From contig CAWFSF010000006.1 in the NCBI GenBank assembly GCA_963818475.1, forward strand, positions 2,240,001 to 2,304,000: 64,000 nucleotides of DNA. Reading direction: 5' to 3'. Position numbers and translations under genes: made by a program. Source of the stretch: Nitrospirota bacterium (lineage in GTDB: Bacteria; Nitrospirota; UBA9217). Of this stretch, positions 31,422 to 41,194 are shown in pieces. The notes under the pieces were generated by a model. The model was given only the letters and a program-made list of their open reading frames with translations. It searched no databases and was not told where the DNA came from. How positions within the stretch are numbered: the first letter of the stretch is position 1; each line of letters opens with the position of its first letter.

Positions 31422-32078
31422 CTACGACGAAGCAACAATATTTCTAGCAGTATCACCCACCACAACATTAATGAAAGCATCTCCTTGGTACACCCAAATT
31501 TCGCTATTGTCATGTTTAAGCTTTTCTATAACATCCGTTGCGATTGATAAGCCGGACATGCCTTTCAATTTCCCTATCGTTTCCAGGGCATAGAAGCGGA
31601 CCAGGGCGTTCTTATCATTCAGCGCGGCTTTGATAATATCGGAATAGGGGACTACAAGGTCTGGAGCCGATTCCGCGATCCTGCTGAACGCGTAAAGAAC
31701 TCCCGGCCTGAACACATCCTCCTCGATGGCATAGACATCCGCGATCAGCGGAACAATATCGGCAAATCGCCGGGGGTCGGCACAAACGATCTCACCGATC
31801 AATTCCGGGGCCGACCATCCGATGCCGCCGGATTCATCGGACAAGGACCAGCGAAGCTTCCGGATCGTTTCGCGCAAAAAATCGTAGTTGGTCTTGACCA
31901 TTTCCCTGGCAATGACCCCAACAGCCTTGATCGCCCGCCAGCCGATCAGAGTATCTTTATCATAGGCGAGACGAACGAGCAGGGAAAGTGTCCTTCTTGA
32001 TTCCTTTGCATGATCAACCACCGTTTGAAAATCGTTGGACGAAAGAGCGACGCAGAGCTGTTGCTTGAGGTTCTGCAC
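31422..32078 (-). CDS. HEAT-repeat protein, DVU0298-like family
   Basis: Signature LRWSLSDESGGIGWSAPELIGEI. Confidence 0.75.
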   Translation of the reverse strand: MQNLKQQLCVALSSNDFQTVVDHAKESRRTLSLLVRLAYDKDTLIGWRAIKAVGVIAREMVKTNYDFLRETIRKLRWSLSDESGGIGWSAPELIGEIVCADPRRFADIVPLIADVYAIEEDVFRPGVLYAFSRIAESAPDLVVPYSDIIKAALNDKNALVRFYALETIGKLKGMSGLSIATDVIEKLKHDNSEIWVYQGDAFINVVVGDTARNIVASS

Positions 32079-32106
32079 GGTTGCCTGCCTTTCAGAGCGA
32101 CAAATG

Positions 32107-32144
32107 AAAAAAGGGCCTGTGCTTTCAAAGAAAGCGCAGGCCCT
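32107..32144 (-). terminator. Intrinsic terminator after the pil / Ig-protein operon
   Basis: AGGGCCTGCGCTTTC-TTT-GAAAGCACAGGCCCT-TTTTT on the minus strand. Confidence 0.85.
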
Positions 32145-32164
32145 GGTCAGAGTTTCAGAATTCT

Positions 32165-33754
32165 TTATTGGACGACTAGATTGAAGGTGCCCGTGGTCGA
32201 AACCCCATTGGCATCGGTCACGGTAATATCAAAGGTCGTCGTAGTTCCAACGGGATCGATACCCGGTTCTGTTCCCGAAAGTATGTCCCCTGTAAGGGTA
32301 AGCCATGAGGCAGGTGGGGTCGGCGTTGAACTCCACGTATAAGGACCCGTTCCCGTTCCAGGAGTTACTCCAAACGTTACATTTGCGGTGCTGCCTGAGG
32401 TCCAAGCAGTTAAAGGACTTGCTGTTGAGATAGCAGGTTCGGCATTAACCTGAATTATTGTATCGACCGAAGCGCTCACTGAATATATGTCAGTAACCGT
32501 CAGCGTAACAGTGTAGGTTGCCGCAGATATTGGGGTACCACTTATGCCGTTGGACGTTCCCGTTAGAGAATTCAGACTAAGACCTGGCGGCAGATTCGTG
32601 GCATTCCATGACAAGGTGCCAGTCCCAAATGATGCAACAAAAGCCGCCGCATCCGTCGCATAGGCTCCTGTCACGGTGGCTTGCGTTGGTGTCACTGCGA
32701 CAGTTACCACTGGCTCGGCATGAACGGTCACCGTCAGATCTTTCGTGGCTACCAGACCGTCACCATCGGTAACACTGAACGTGGCGCCCCACGAGCCAGG
32801 CGTTGTCGGAACGCCGCTTATGACCCCTGTTGAAGCATCAACCGTAAGGCCTGGCGCCATCGATGCGTTCACGCTCCAGGTATACGGTGCAACTCCTCCG
32901 GCAACCGTGAGCGTGGTGGTGGGATAGGTTCCCAACACCGTAGCATCAGGCAACGACGTCGTCGTGATCGTAGGCGTTGGCGCAGTCGTAAACGACCAAT
33001 TGTAGTCAACCGCAAGCGTGTTGCCAGCAAGGTCCTTGATCCCATTTACCGCCACAAGCGTTACGGTATAAGTGCTGTTTGAAATCAGCGTGCCGGTAGT
33101 GAAGGTTGCTATCCCTCCGCCGTAAGTCACGGCTCCCGATACAGGACCGCCGCTTCCCGAGACCAGGAATGAAGTCGTCGAAACGGATGACGCAAGCAGC
33201 GCCTCGCTGAAGATAGCTTCTATGTTGGGATTGGTAACGGATATATTCGATGACCCGTTTGTTGGAGTGACTGAAGTTACAACAGGCGACGTTAAATCTG
33301 CAGCGGCCGTGGTCGTAAATGTCCATGAATAATTAGCAGCCATGGCATTTCCTACCACATCACTGATCCCTGATGTGAGAGTAGCGATGTACGTTGTAGT
33401 GCCCACCAAAGCGGAAGAAGGTTGAAAAGTAGCATTAGTGCCGTTCAATGACAGGAGAACAGTTCCGGTCACCGGAGTGCCGCCGCTTGTTTGAAGAACG
33501 AACGAACCTGTAGTGACTGTTGACCTAAGAACCGCCTCAGAAAAGGTTACTGAAAGGATAGATCCTATTCCGGCATTAATTGTGCCGTCAGCAGGAGAGA
33601 CTGTCACTACAGTCGGAGGTGTGGTGTCTCCCGCCCCGCCCGCCCCGCCAGGGATAGATGAAGGCGGAACAAGCTTTTCATCTTCGTTGCCGCAGCTTAT
33701 TAAGAGGGCAATGGTAACTAATAACAGTATATATTTATAAAGCGATTGTTTCAT
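32165..33754 (-). CDS. Thr-rich surface lipoprotein with tandem Ig-like domains
   Basis: Lipobox LISC; two repeats of D-x-T-x-P-x-V...FSEA...D-x-x-GN...Y-x-W-x-FTT; three repeats resembling putative-Ig domains (YTWS...PGL...G-x-ISG-x-P). Confidence 0.82.
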   Translation of the reverse strand: MKQSLYKYILLLVTIALLISCGNEDEKLVPPSSIPGGAGGAGDTTPPTVVTVSPADGTINAGIGSILSVTFSEAVLRSTVTTGSFVLQTSGGTPVTGTVLLSLNGTNATFQPSSALVGTTTYIATLTSGISDVVGNAMAANYSWTFTTTAAADLTSPVVTSVTPTNGSSNISVTNPNIEAIFSEALLASSVSTTSFLVSGSGGPVSGAVTYGGGIATFTTGTLISNSTYTVTLVAVNGIKDLAGNTLAVDYNWSFTTAPTPTITTTSLPDATVLGTYPTTTLTVAGGVAPYTWSVNASMAPGLTVDASTGVISGVPTTPGSWGATFSVTDGDGLVATKDLTVTVHAEPVVTVAVTPTQATVTGAYATDAAAFVASFGTGTLSWNATNLPPGLSLNSLTGTSNGISGTPISAATYTVTLTVTDIYSVSASVDTIIQVNAEPAISTASPLTAWTSGSTANVTFGVTPGTGTGPYTWSSTPTPPASWLTLTGDILSGTEPGIDPVGTTTTFDITVTDANGVSTTGTFNLVVQ

Positions 33755-33840
33755 GCTTAATCCTCCTGTGGCGGTCGCGCTCTCTACAGATAACCGAAGC
33801 GACCAGGAACTGCTGCCTTTTTCATTCTCGAACCGAGCAC

Positions 33841-34323
33841 TTAAGTTACGGTAATATCAATTTTTTGAAACGCTGGACCGGAAAAGACACTGAACGTGCC
33901 GGTAGCTGGACAGGACGGATCCACTCGTACGGTAAAATATGCAAATCCGGATTTTCCTGTTTTTGTTCGATACGGGACAACAGCAGGTGCCCCTTCGGCA
34001 TTGAATAAATGCCATATCTGCAGAGCTGGATCTACTGAATTAGGCGCCCAACTCAGGTTTGCGTAAATTGTTATATTCTCCATGGGGAGTTCATCCGGCC
34101 CCAGAACTTGTACAGCAACAGTTGTATCATCAATATTTCCTGAACATGTAGCCGTACCAATCGAAGATGTGATATCGCCCGGCTGTATTACTATCGTGCT
34201 TCCAAACGGCGCCTCAATGCTTTTTTCAGTAGTAGTAGTAGTTCCACAAGCGTAAAGTAGGATCGACGCCACCAGGGTCAAGGCTGTAAAGACTCTCATT
34301 ACATGAGAACGCGTTTTATTCAT
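33841..34323 (-). CDS. Hypothetical lipoprotein, probable single Ig-like fold
   Basis: Lipobox LYAC, beta-strand-rich sequence, SD GGAGG. Confidence 0.7.
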   Translation of the reverse strand: MNKTRSHVMRVFTALTLVASILLYACGTTTTTEKSIEAPFGSTIVIQPGDITSSIGTATCSGNIDDTTVAVQVLGPDELPMENITIYANLSWAPNSVDPALQIWHLFNAEGAPAVVPYRTKTGKSGFAYFTVRVDPSCPATGTFSVFSGPAFQKIDITVT

Positions 34324-34349
34324 GGATACCTCCGTACGAAACTTGTACC

Positions 34350-36635
34350 TTAAATTTGCTCCTGCCTTATGATATTCGGCTTAATAAAGATGAGCAGTTC
34401 ACGTTTATCTTCCCGGCTGGTATTTTTGCGGAACAACCAGCCGATAAGCGGAAGGTCGCCGAAAAACGGCACTTTTGCGACACTTGCGCCGCGGTCCACG
34501 ATCAAAATACCGCCGATCACTGCCGTCTCGCCGTCTGAAAGAAGAATTTCTGTTTCAGCCTCGTTTTTTCGTATGGACGGTGAGCCTTCTACAATAATTG
34601 AACTGTCAGGCGCGTTCTTCTGAGCCTTGATCTTCATGAATATTTTATTATCTGGCGTCACGTGCGGTGTCACGACAAGAGACAAACTGGCATCGATAAA
34701 CGAAATCTGGGGCTGGCCGGTAGCTGTCGGCTGGAGAAAAGGTATCGACACACCCTGAGATATTTTGGCTTCTTTGTTATCGAGAGCGCTTACCCGTGGC
34801 GTTGAGATCACCTTACCCTCGCCGGTGGATTCCAGCGCCGATAAAACAATGTCCAGATTAAACGCTTTGCTGAGCGATCCGAAGGTGAACCCGATCGCGC
34901 CGCCGGAGCCCGATCCTGTTGCTGCCGGCAGGTTCACAAGATAGGTACCGACACCGGATGCCCCCGCTACGCCGGTTGGGGGTCCCGTTACCCCGATCGT
35001 GTTCGGGAATTGCAAGCCAGTCGGGTTCCCCGTCGCTGCCCCCGCCTTATAGTCGATGCCCCACTGTACGCCCAACTCGCGGCTGAAATTCAGGGATGCT
35101 TCGACGATCCTCGCCTCGATCATGACCTGCGGGATGGCCTTATCCAGGACTTTAACAAGTGCAACCACATCGTCAATGTTACGGGGAATGTCCTTGACGA
35201 TGATCGTATTGGTCCTCACGTCCACGACGGTCTCGCCGCGGGGGGAGAGGGATTTTTTAAGGGTCGGTTCGAGCGCGCTAGCAGTGCTGTAATTGATCGA
35301 AATGACCCTGGTTATCAGATCTTCCGCCTTCTTCTTTGCTTCCTTGGATTTCGTCTGTTCTTCTGCCTCTCTGGTCAATTCAGCGACGCCGGCGATACGA
35401 AGGATATCATCCTCAAGTACATAGCCCAGGCCGTTCATTCTCAGAATAATGTCCATGGCCTGGTCCCAGGGAATCCTGACCATGCGCACGGTGACCCTGC
35501 CCTTCACATCAGGAGCAAGAATGATGTTCAGATTCGCCACTTCGGCAAAGAGACGCATCACTGTTATCAGATCAGCGTCCTGGAGGTCGAGAGAGATCTT
35601 TTTCCCGGAAAACTTGCTGGTGCCGACAACCAAAGCATCTTGACGGGTCAGTGACTGATTCACTGTTTCCTCGGCTGCTGCCTTGGGCGCAGCCGGTGAC
35701 GCCGCTACCGGGGGGGCCGCAACTTCTTTTTCAGCTTCAGCAGCAGGCGGTGATGCCGGGGTCTCTGCCGATTTCTCCTGGACCGGGGTTTCTGCTGCTG
35801 CCACTGGCGCTGCTGCATTCATGGCGATAATAACGGTATTTCCGGTCGGCGTGACCGTGTACTCCATGGTTTTCGTGAGATCGAGCACCACGCGCACTTT
35901 TTTCTCATCGCGGTCCTTATGCTGGCCAACACGCACCTTGTCGAGGCCGCCCTTCCGTACTGGGATGACGGTCGGCCTTACTTTGCTGATGGCCCCGGGA
36001 ATATCAATGACAAGCCTCTTCCCCTCAAGCATGAAGGTGTTCGGATGAATGGTTCCGTTGCCGGCAATGACGACATTAACGCCGTCCTTTCCAGCCTTTG
36101 CCTTTACCGACGTCACAACGGTTGCCGTGCCTTTTTCCTGGCTGGGCTCTTCGGCAACTGCCGCTGGCGGGGCAGCGGTGATGGCCTCGGTTTCGGCCTT
36201 CGCTGTGTCAGCCGGCCTGGCAAGTTCAACGATCAGCTGTCCATTGAACTGGTATACCTTGGTATCTACCGGCTGATTGAGGCCGATCTCGAGGCGTGCA
36301 ATCGTGTCCATCTGGGTCGGCGTCACCGCTCCCACCGGGCCCTTATCCACGCTCAGGGGGTCCTTGAAGTTCCTGACATCAGCATCAGGGATATCAACGA
36401 CCAGCCGGAGCGGTTCCGTGAGCTGGAAAGAGGTATATTGCAAAATGGGTTCTCCGCCGGAGATGACCAGTTCTGTCTTGCCGTCCGTTTCTCTCGGTTC
36501 TATCTTTTCAATGACAACCATCTTGGTCTCTTGCGTTGCCGACGGCGTCGTACCGGCACAGCCGTTCAGCATGAAGATAAAGGGAACAAGAAGCAGCACA
36601 CAACCTATTTTGATACGGGGTTGAACGGACGTCAT
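34350..36635 (-). CDS. pilQ: Type IV pilus secretin PilQ
   Basis: Two AMIN-like domains (LRLVVDIP, RLVIDIP), ISLDLQDAD, QVMIEARIVEA and KVPFFGDLPLIGWLF. Confidence 0.95.
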   Translation of the reverse strand: MTSVQPRIKIGCVLLLVPFIFMLNGCAGTTPSATQETKMVVIEKIEPRETDGKTELVISGGEPILQYTSFQLTEPLRLVVDIPDADVRNFKDPLSVDKGPVGAVTPTQMDTIARLEIGLNQPVDTKVYQFNGQLIVELARPADTAKAETEAITAAPPAAVAEEPSQEKGTATVVTSVKAKAGKDGVNVVIAGNGTIHPNTFMLEGKRLVIDIPGAISKVRPTVIPVRKGGLDKVRVGQHKDRDEKKVRVVLDLTKTMEYTVTPTGNTVIIAMNAAAPVAAAETPVQEKSAETPASPPAAEAEKEVAAPPVAASPAAPKAAAEETVNQSLTRQDALVVGTSKFSGKKISLDLQDADLITVMRLFAEVANLNIILAPDVKGRVTVRMVRIPWDQAMDIILRMNGLGYVLEDDILRIAGVAELTREAEEQTKSKEAKKKAEDLITRVISINYSTASALEPTLKKSLSPRGETVVDVRTNTIIVKDIPRNIDDVVALVKVLDKAIPQVMIEARIVEASLNFSRELGVQWGIDYKAGAATGNPTGLQFPNTIGVTGPPTGVAGASGVGTYLVNLPAATGSGSGGAIGFTFGSLSKAFNLDIVLSALESTGEGKVISTPRVSALDNKEAKISQGVSIPFLQPTATGQPQISFIDASLSLVVTPHVTPDNKIFMKIKAQKNAPDSSIIVEGSPSIRKNEAETEILLSDGETAVIGGILIVDRGASVAKVPFFGDLPLIGWLFRKNTSREDKRELLIFIKPNIIRQEQI

Positions 36636-37213
36636 TACATCCCCTCCTGTTTTTTCCGGAGATTTATAATAATCTCCCTGCGTTCATCAGCGCCTAAATA
36701 ATTTTTAAATTTCTCCTCAAGCACCAAGGAATCCTCGGTGATTTTTTTCACCACCGCCTTGTTCGGACCGATGCGCGACCCGACATGCACAAAATAGCCT
36801 TTACCGTCAGGGCCTTCCAGCATGGCATTATAGCCGAAGCCCCCCCAGAGGATGCCGGTCATTCTAAACTCATTGATCGTATAGCGCTCCAGCGGCGGCA
36901 GGTTGGTCTGGCCTGGTTGCTTGCTCAAGCGGCTCACAATGGGTGCAAAAGGATCACGCCGGTCCCCGGGATAGTAAGCATAGTCGGCAACGCTCTGGCT
37001 GGGAACAGCAACGCCCGCTGTAGACGTCATTTGCGAAGTGACCGTCGCCGCCGACACCGGCGCCGTCTGCTTCGCCTTGTCAGCCGGGGGGCTGGCTGTG
37101 TCCTTCGAGCCGGAACACCCGACACTGACAATCAGCAACGCTGCCAGGAAACCGGGGAGCATCCCCGTCAGGCTATTGCCTCTTTTTTGCTGGTGTTTTT
37201 GGCGCTGTCTCAA
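36635..37213 (-). CDS. pilP: Type IV pilus lipoprotein PilP
   Basis: Lipobox VGC, RRDPF, PLERY and G-x-G-Y-x-V-x-x-G-x-x-IG. Confidence 0.88.
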   Translation of the reverse strand: MRQRQKHQQKRGNSLTGMLPGFLAALLIVSVGCSGSKDTASPPADKAKQTAPVSAATVTSQMTSTAGVAVPSQSVADYAYYPGDRRDPFAPIVSRLSKQPGQTNLPPLERYTINEFRMTGILWGGFGYNAMLEGPDGKGYFVHVGSRIGPNKAVVKKITEDSLVLEEKFKNYLGADERREIIINLRKKQEGM

Positions 37214-37790
37214 CTTTTTTCTCCACGGCGGCGAACGTCATTGCCGTACAATTGATAGCAATTTCCATTGCCCCGTCCGGGGCAGACTTCGCCTGGCCCA
37301 TCTTGATGTTCAATATGTTCACGATACGTTTTACTTTGCTGATACTGTCGAAAAATATCCCCACATTATGATACCCGCCGAGCAGGTCCACGGAAATGGG
37401 AATCTCCTCATAAAGTCCGCTAGCATGGGTCCGCCGCCTCTCGGGCCTCCACAGCTTGAGCGTGAGGCCGGACCTGTTCACCAGACCCTGAAGTTCGCCG
37501 AGCAGCGTCGACACTTCGGTCTCCTGCGGCAGCTGTTCCGACAGAACCTTCAGCTTCGCATTGAGCGTCACTACCTCCTGTTCGAGCTCGGCCAGTCTCA
37601 TGATCCGTTCTTCATTGCTCCGTATAATTGCCTTTGTTTCCTTTAAGACAACTTCATTTTTTCTGATTTCGGAGATTATGGGGATGTATATAAAATAGAC
37701 GAATAGTCCTATCAGCACGCACAGGAATCCGATGAAGCCGTAGATCCGGGTCTTTGCGGGGATATTCTGTATTTTATTGACGAGAGCCAT
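37173..37790 (-). CDS. pilO: Type IV pilus assembly protein PilO
   Basis: TM helix, coiled coil, QLPQETEV and GGYHNVGIFFD...RIVNI. Confidence 0.92.
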   Translation of the reverse strand: MALVNKIQNIPAKTRIYGFIGFLCVLIGLFVYFIYIPIISEIRKNEVVLKETKAIIRSNEERIMRLAELEQEVVTLNAKLKVLSEQLPQETEVSTLLGELQGLVNRSGLTLKLWRPERRRTHASGLYEEIPISVDLLGGYHNVGIFFDSISKVKRIVNILNIKMGQAKSAPDGAMEIAINCTAMTFAAVEKKVETAPKTPAKKRQ

Positions 37791-38338
37791 TACTCTCCTT
37801 TGACCTTGAACTGAAGTTTGTACTGATAGACATCAGTGTTTTCGAATCTGGCCTGTTTTGATTCAAGAAGTACGACATCGCTGAAAAAGGGTTCGGCTTT
37901 CAGGTTGTCGATAAAGCGCACCACTTCATTGTTCGTAAAAGCCAGCCCTTCGATATGTAGCAGTCCGGCATTTTCCGAAAGCGAGGTAAGGTTCAGTCCC
38001 TTGGGCAATGCCCTGCTGACCTTGTCAAGAAGCTTGACGGGGCCGCTCTGATTCTTTTTCAGCTGTTCAATGATAGCGATCTTTTCCAGGACCGTTTTCT
38101 TGACCGCTTCAACATTGGCGACCTTCTCCAGCTTTTTCTTCTGGTCTGCCACTGTTGCTTTTGCCGTGTTAACCTGCTTTTGCAGGTTGGCGGCATGGGT
38201 TGTCAATGTGATCCAGAAGAACGCAAGGCCACCCACGGTCACGGTCAACAGCAGCACGCCGAGAATCAGCTGCTGCTGCAGTTCGGTCATTTTCTTCGCA
38301 GGTTTCCGCTTGGTAGGGAGGAGATTTATCTTTATCAT
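37790..38338 (-). CDS. pilN: Type IV pilus assembly protein PilN
   Basis: N-terminal MIKINLLP followed by a TM helix. Confidence 0.92.
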   Translation of the reverse strand: MIKINLLPTKRKPAKKMTELQQQLILGVLLLTVTVGGLAFFWITLTTHAANLQKQVNTAKATVADQKKKLEKVANVEAVKKTVLEKIAIIEQLKKNQSGPVKLLDKVSRALPKGLNLTSLSENAGLLHIEGLAFTNNEVVRFIDNLKAEPFFSDVVLLESKQARFENTDVYQYKLQFKVKGE

Positions 38339-39388
38339 CAGTCCCCTGGCCTCCTCATTGCGAGCCCCACCGCCACGGCGCACAAGGGTGCGGCCTCTTC
38401 AATGAGGGCGGGATTAAAGCGTTTTGGATCAACTTTCAGGTTTTTGAAAGGATTCGCCACTTCCACCGGAATCTCAAGCCGCTCCGAGAGGATGGTGCTG
38501 AACTGTCCGATCCGTGCGCATCCTCCCGATACCAGCACCCGCTCTACCGGCTCGTTGCCGGTCGTGGAGCGGAAGAACTCAAATGAACGCTGCGTCTCGG
38601 CCACAATATCCTCGGTAACCGCGGCGATCGCTGTTGCCAGCTCCTCCCGGTCGGCGCCGTCAACGTCCTCGCCACGCTTCACCATCTCGGCATCCTCGTA
38701 GGACAGCCCGAAATCGCGCTGCAGCGCCTCGGTGTAGCGGTTGCCGCCGACCGTGATGTCACGGGTAAAGATCGAGATCCCATCCCGAATAATATTGATG
38801 TTCATCACGGAAGCCCCGATGTTGAGGAGGGCCGTTGCGCCTGATTCCATTTCGTAGTTCAGTTCATACATGTTGGCCAGTGCAAAGGCGTCCACGTCCA
38901 TCACCACTGGCTCAAGCCCCGCTTCCTTGACCAGGTTGACATAATCGTTGATCTTGTCCTTTTTCACCGCCACCAGCAGAACGTCTGCCTGCCCCTCGGT
39001 GGCGGCGGGACCCAGCTTCTGAAAATCGACATTCACATCGTCGATGGAGAAGGGAATATACTGTTCGGCCTCCCACTTGATGGACTCGGCAAGCTCCTCG
39101 TCGGACATGTCGGCAACGGAAACACGTTTGATGATCACCGAGCTGCCGGAGACCGATATGACCACGCTCTTGGTCGAGACCTTCTGTTTTGCCACCAGTT
39201 CCTTGATCGCCTCGACAACCCTGCCGGCGTCCATTACCGCGCCCTCAACGATGACCTCGGGCGGCAGGGGTATCATTCCGAACTTGACGAGCTGGTAGTT
39301 CTTCTCCGACCCCTTCAGCTGTACCAGCTTGATAAAGGTGGACCCGATGTCCAGCGCTATTGGTTCTACTTTTTCTCGTAAAGAACAT
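38338..39388 (-). CDS. pilM: Type IV pilus assembly protein PilM; probable extra A near 39372
   Basis: IALDIGS, EAEQYIPF...DFQ, LLNIGAS and VSGG. Confidence 0.93.
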
Positions 39389-39410
39389 ATTCTCTCCGGC
39401 ACTCGCCTGG

Positions 39411-39611
39411 CTAAACGGTATTCTTGCCCCTGATGATCTTGTCGATGGTCTTCAGATTGCTCTCAGTGTACAATCTCCAGCCGCGCCAATCGCGCTCAAC
39501 CCCGCTCAGGATGCCCTGACTCTCCCACCGGAACAGCGTTGCACGTGAGATATCGTACTTGTCGCAGATTTCGCTGGTTTTGTATTTTTTCGGTTGTTTG
39601 CGCGTAACCAT
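39411..39611 (-). CDS. Small MerR/excisionase-like HTH protein
   Basis: 66 aa: YKTSEICDKYDISRATLFRWESQG...RDWRGWRLYT. Confidence 0.8.
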   Translation of the reverse strand: MVTRKQPKKYKTSEICDKYDISRATLFRWESQGILSGVERDWRGWRLYTESNLKTIDKIIRGKNTV

Positions 39612-39660
39612 GCTACCCTCTCTAGGAACAATAATATGGATAGTTATAGTAAGTATAGTT

Positions 39661-39690
39661 ATTATGATATAAGTACTTGAATATTGTCAA
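39661..39690 (-). promoter_or_regulatory. Candidate sigma70 promoter of the pil operon
   Basis: TTGACA-18 nt-CATAAT on the minus strand. Confidence 0.55.
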
Positions 39691-39980
39691 GCCTTTTCTT
39701 CATTTTTTTCATACTTTTTTCGCAGTTCTCTGTTTCTACCGTATCTGGTATGTCTCCGGCCGTGGCCATACTTTATTTTGCGGCGCGCCTATAACGTATT
39801 TTTTTACGATTGTTTTCGGGGAATGCCGAAGAAATCTTTTTCCCCGGGCCCGGCGCTCATGCAGCAAGGAAAATGGTTGCACACGGGAGGCCGTGAAGAA
39901 CAGACGCCAACATCATTTTTGACCGTTTACTTTTCCCTCTCGTTGGTGAATAATGCATATCAGCGAACACGGGGGTCACC

Positions 39981-41033
39981 ATGGACAGCAACCTCCTCAG
40001 GGACATCAAATTCAATTGCGACGTTTCGGACGCGCAGTATTGGGGTTATTTTTCGATCTGCGGGCTGCTGATGCGTTATCGCGACCTCTTTCGGTCCGAG
40101 AAGGGCCTCGCCTTCCGGGCAGAGATCAAGAATGATGATATCGGTGCCTGGATACAGGCAAAGGAATCAGCATGGCCGGCACTGGAGCAGCAATCCTTCC
40201 GCAGCTTGATCCTGGACGGGAAGAGCTATGACCCCTTTGACCAGGGTGGGATCAACCGCCTGCTGGTCCCGCAGGGACTCATCTACGGCGCGGGCTACGG
40301 CATGTATATGAAGCCCACTTTTTTTCTGGCCCGCCTCGTTTCGATCCGCGAGCTCGACGGTCTGACGGTCTATACGTCGGATACTGAACTGGTGCGGGAC
40401 CTCTTTACGGCTTCCGGCATGCTCCAGGGAACGTCGATCCTGCTTCGCCTCGAACCACTGACCATGCTGCTCATGAGCAGGTTCTCGTCCTTGCCCCCCC
40501 GGAAGGAAACAGCGCTGGATGATGCTTTTGCGCAGTATGGCTTCCCGATCCGGCAGATCATGGACAGCACCTTCGAAGAGCGCCTCAAGAGCACGGCGCT
40601 GCGCTACTCCGAAACGATCCTCTACCATGAACGTGCCGAGGCGCGGGAACAGATGCTTGAATGGAAGGACCTCCTCCGGACCGCCGGAGACCGCAAAGCG
40701 GAACACTATGTCCGGGCCATAAAGGACCTGATCGCCGACACCTCTGATCATGGGCCCTATAAGCGGATGATCGAGACCAGGGACCGCGGCGCACTCAGCC
40801 TGTATCTGGCGCTGGCGGAAGGTTTCCAGAAAGCACTGTTCCCCGAGATGAAAAAAGCATACGCGCTTTTTCGGCAGACCGGGGAATGGGAGCTGATCGA
40901 AGATGCCCGCATCGCAGGCCGCGGACGTTTCAACCTCCAGCGCTCAAGGATCATCGATATCTTCCAGAGGAGCACGGCTGAGGATTTCGGCCGCGCCATA
41001 CGGGCGCTTGCAGACAGTGAGATCCGTGAATAA
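39981..41033 (+). CDS. Conserved hypothetical protein, Sfum_1244-like
   Basis: NCDVSDAQYWGYFSICGLLMRYRDL, YGAGYG...KPTFFLA and HE-x-x-E. Confidence 0.72.
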   Translation: MDSNLLRDIKFNCDVSDAQYWGYFSICGLLMRYRDLFRSEKGLAFRAEIKNDDIGAWIQAKESAWPALEQQSFRSLILDGKSYDPFDQGGINRLLVPQGLIYGAGYGMYMKPTFFLARLVSIRELDGLTVYTSDTELVRDLFTASGMLQGTSILLRLEPLTMLLMSRFSSLPPRKETALDDAFAQYGFPIRQIMDSTFEERLKSTALRYSETILYHERAEAREQMLEWKDLLRTAGDRKAEHYVRAIKDLIADTSDHGPYKRMIETRDRGALSLYLALAEGFQKALFPEMKKAYALFRQTGEWELIEDARIAGRGRFNLQRSRIIDIFQRSTAEDFGRAIRALADSEIRE

Positions 41034-41137
41034 TGTATCCGAAGAACTGAACTTCCGAAGTCCAGGGAACAGGATTTTTTTCTGGAAGAGATGCACAGCG
41101 CAGGACGCGCCATAAAAGGCTTGCAATGGAAATATCT

Positions 41138-41155
41138 TTGTGAAATAATTCACTC
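41138..41155. promoter_or_regulatory. Rex-like operator overlapping a candidate -10 box
   Basis: TTGTGAA-ATAA-TTCACTC versus Rex consensus TTGTGAA-N4-TTCACAA. TTGCAA-17 nt-AATAAT lies at 41121-41149. Confidence 0.5.
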
Positions 41156-41194
41156 CGCCGCGCAAAGAATAGGTACGATTATCACGGAGGCGCC

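Noticed and set aside
39411-39611. Excisionase marking a prophage or ICE
   Set aside because: No integrase, att site, tRNA or phage genes nearby; the position suggests a pil operon regulator.
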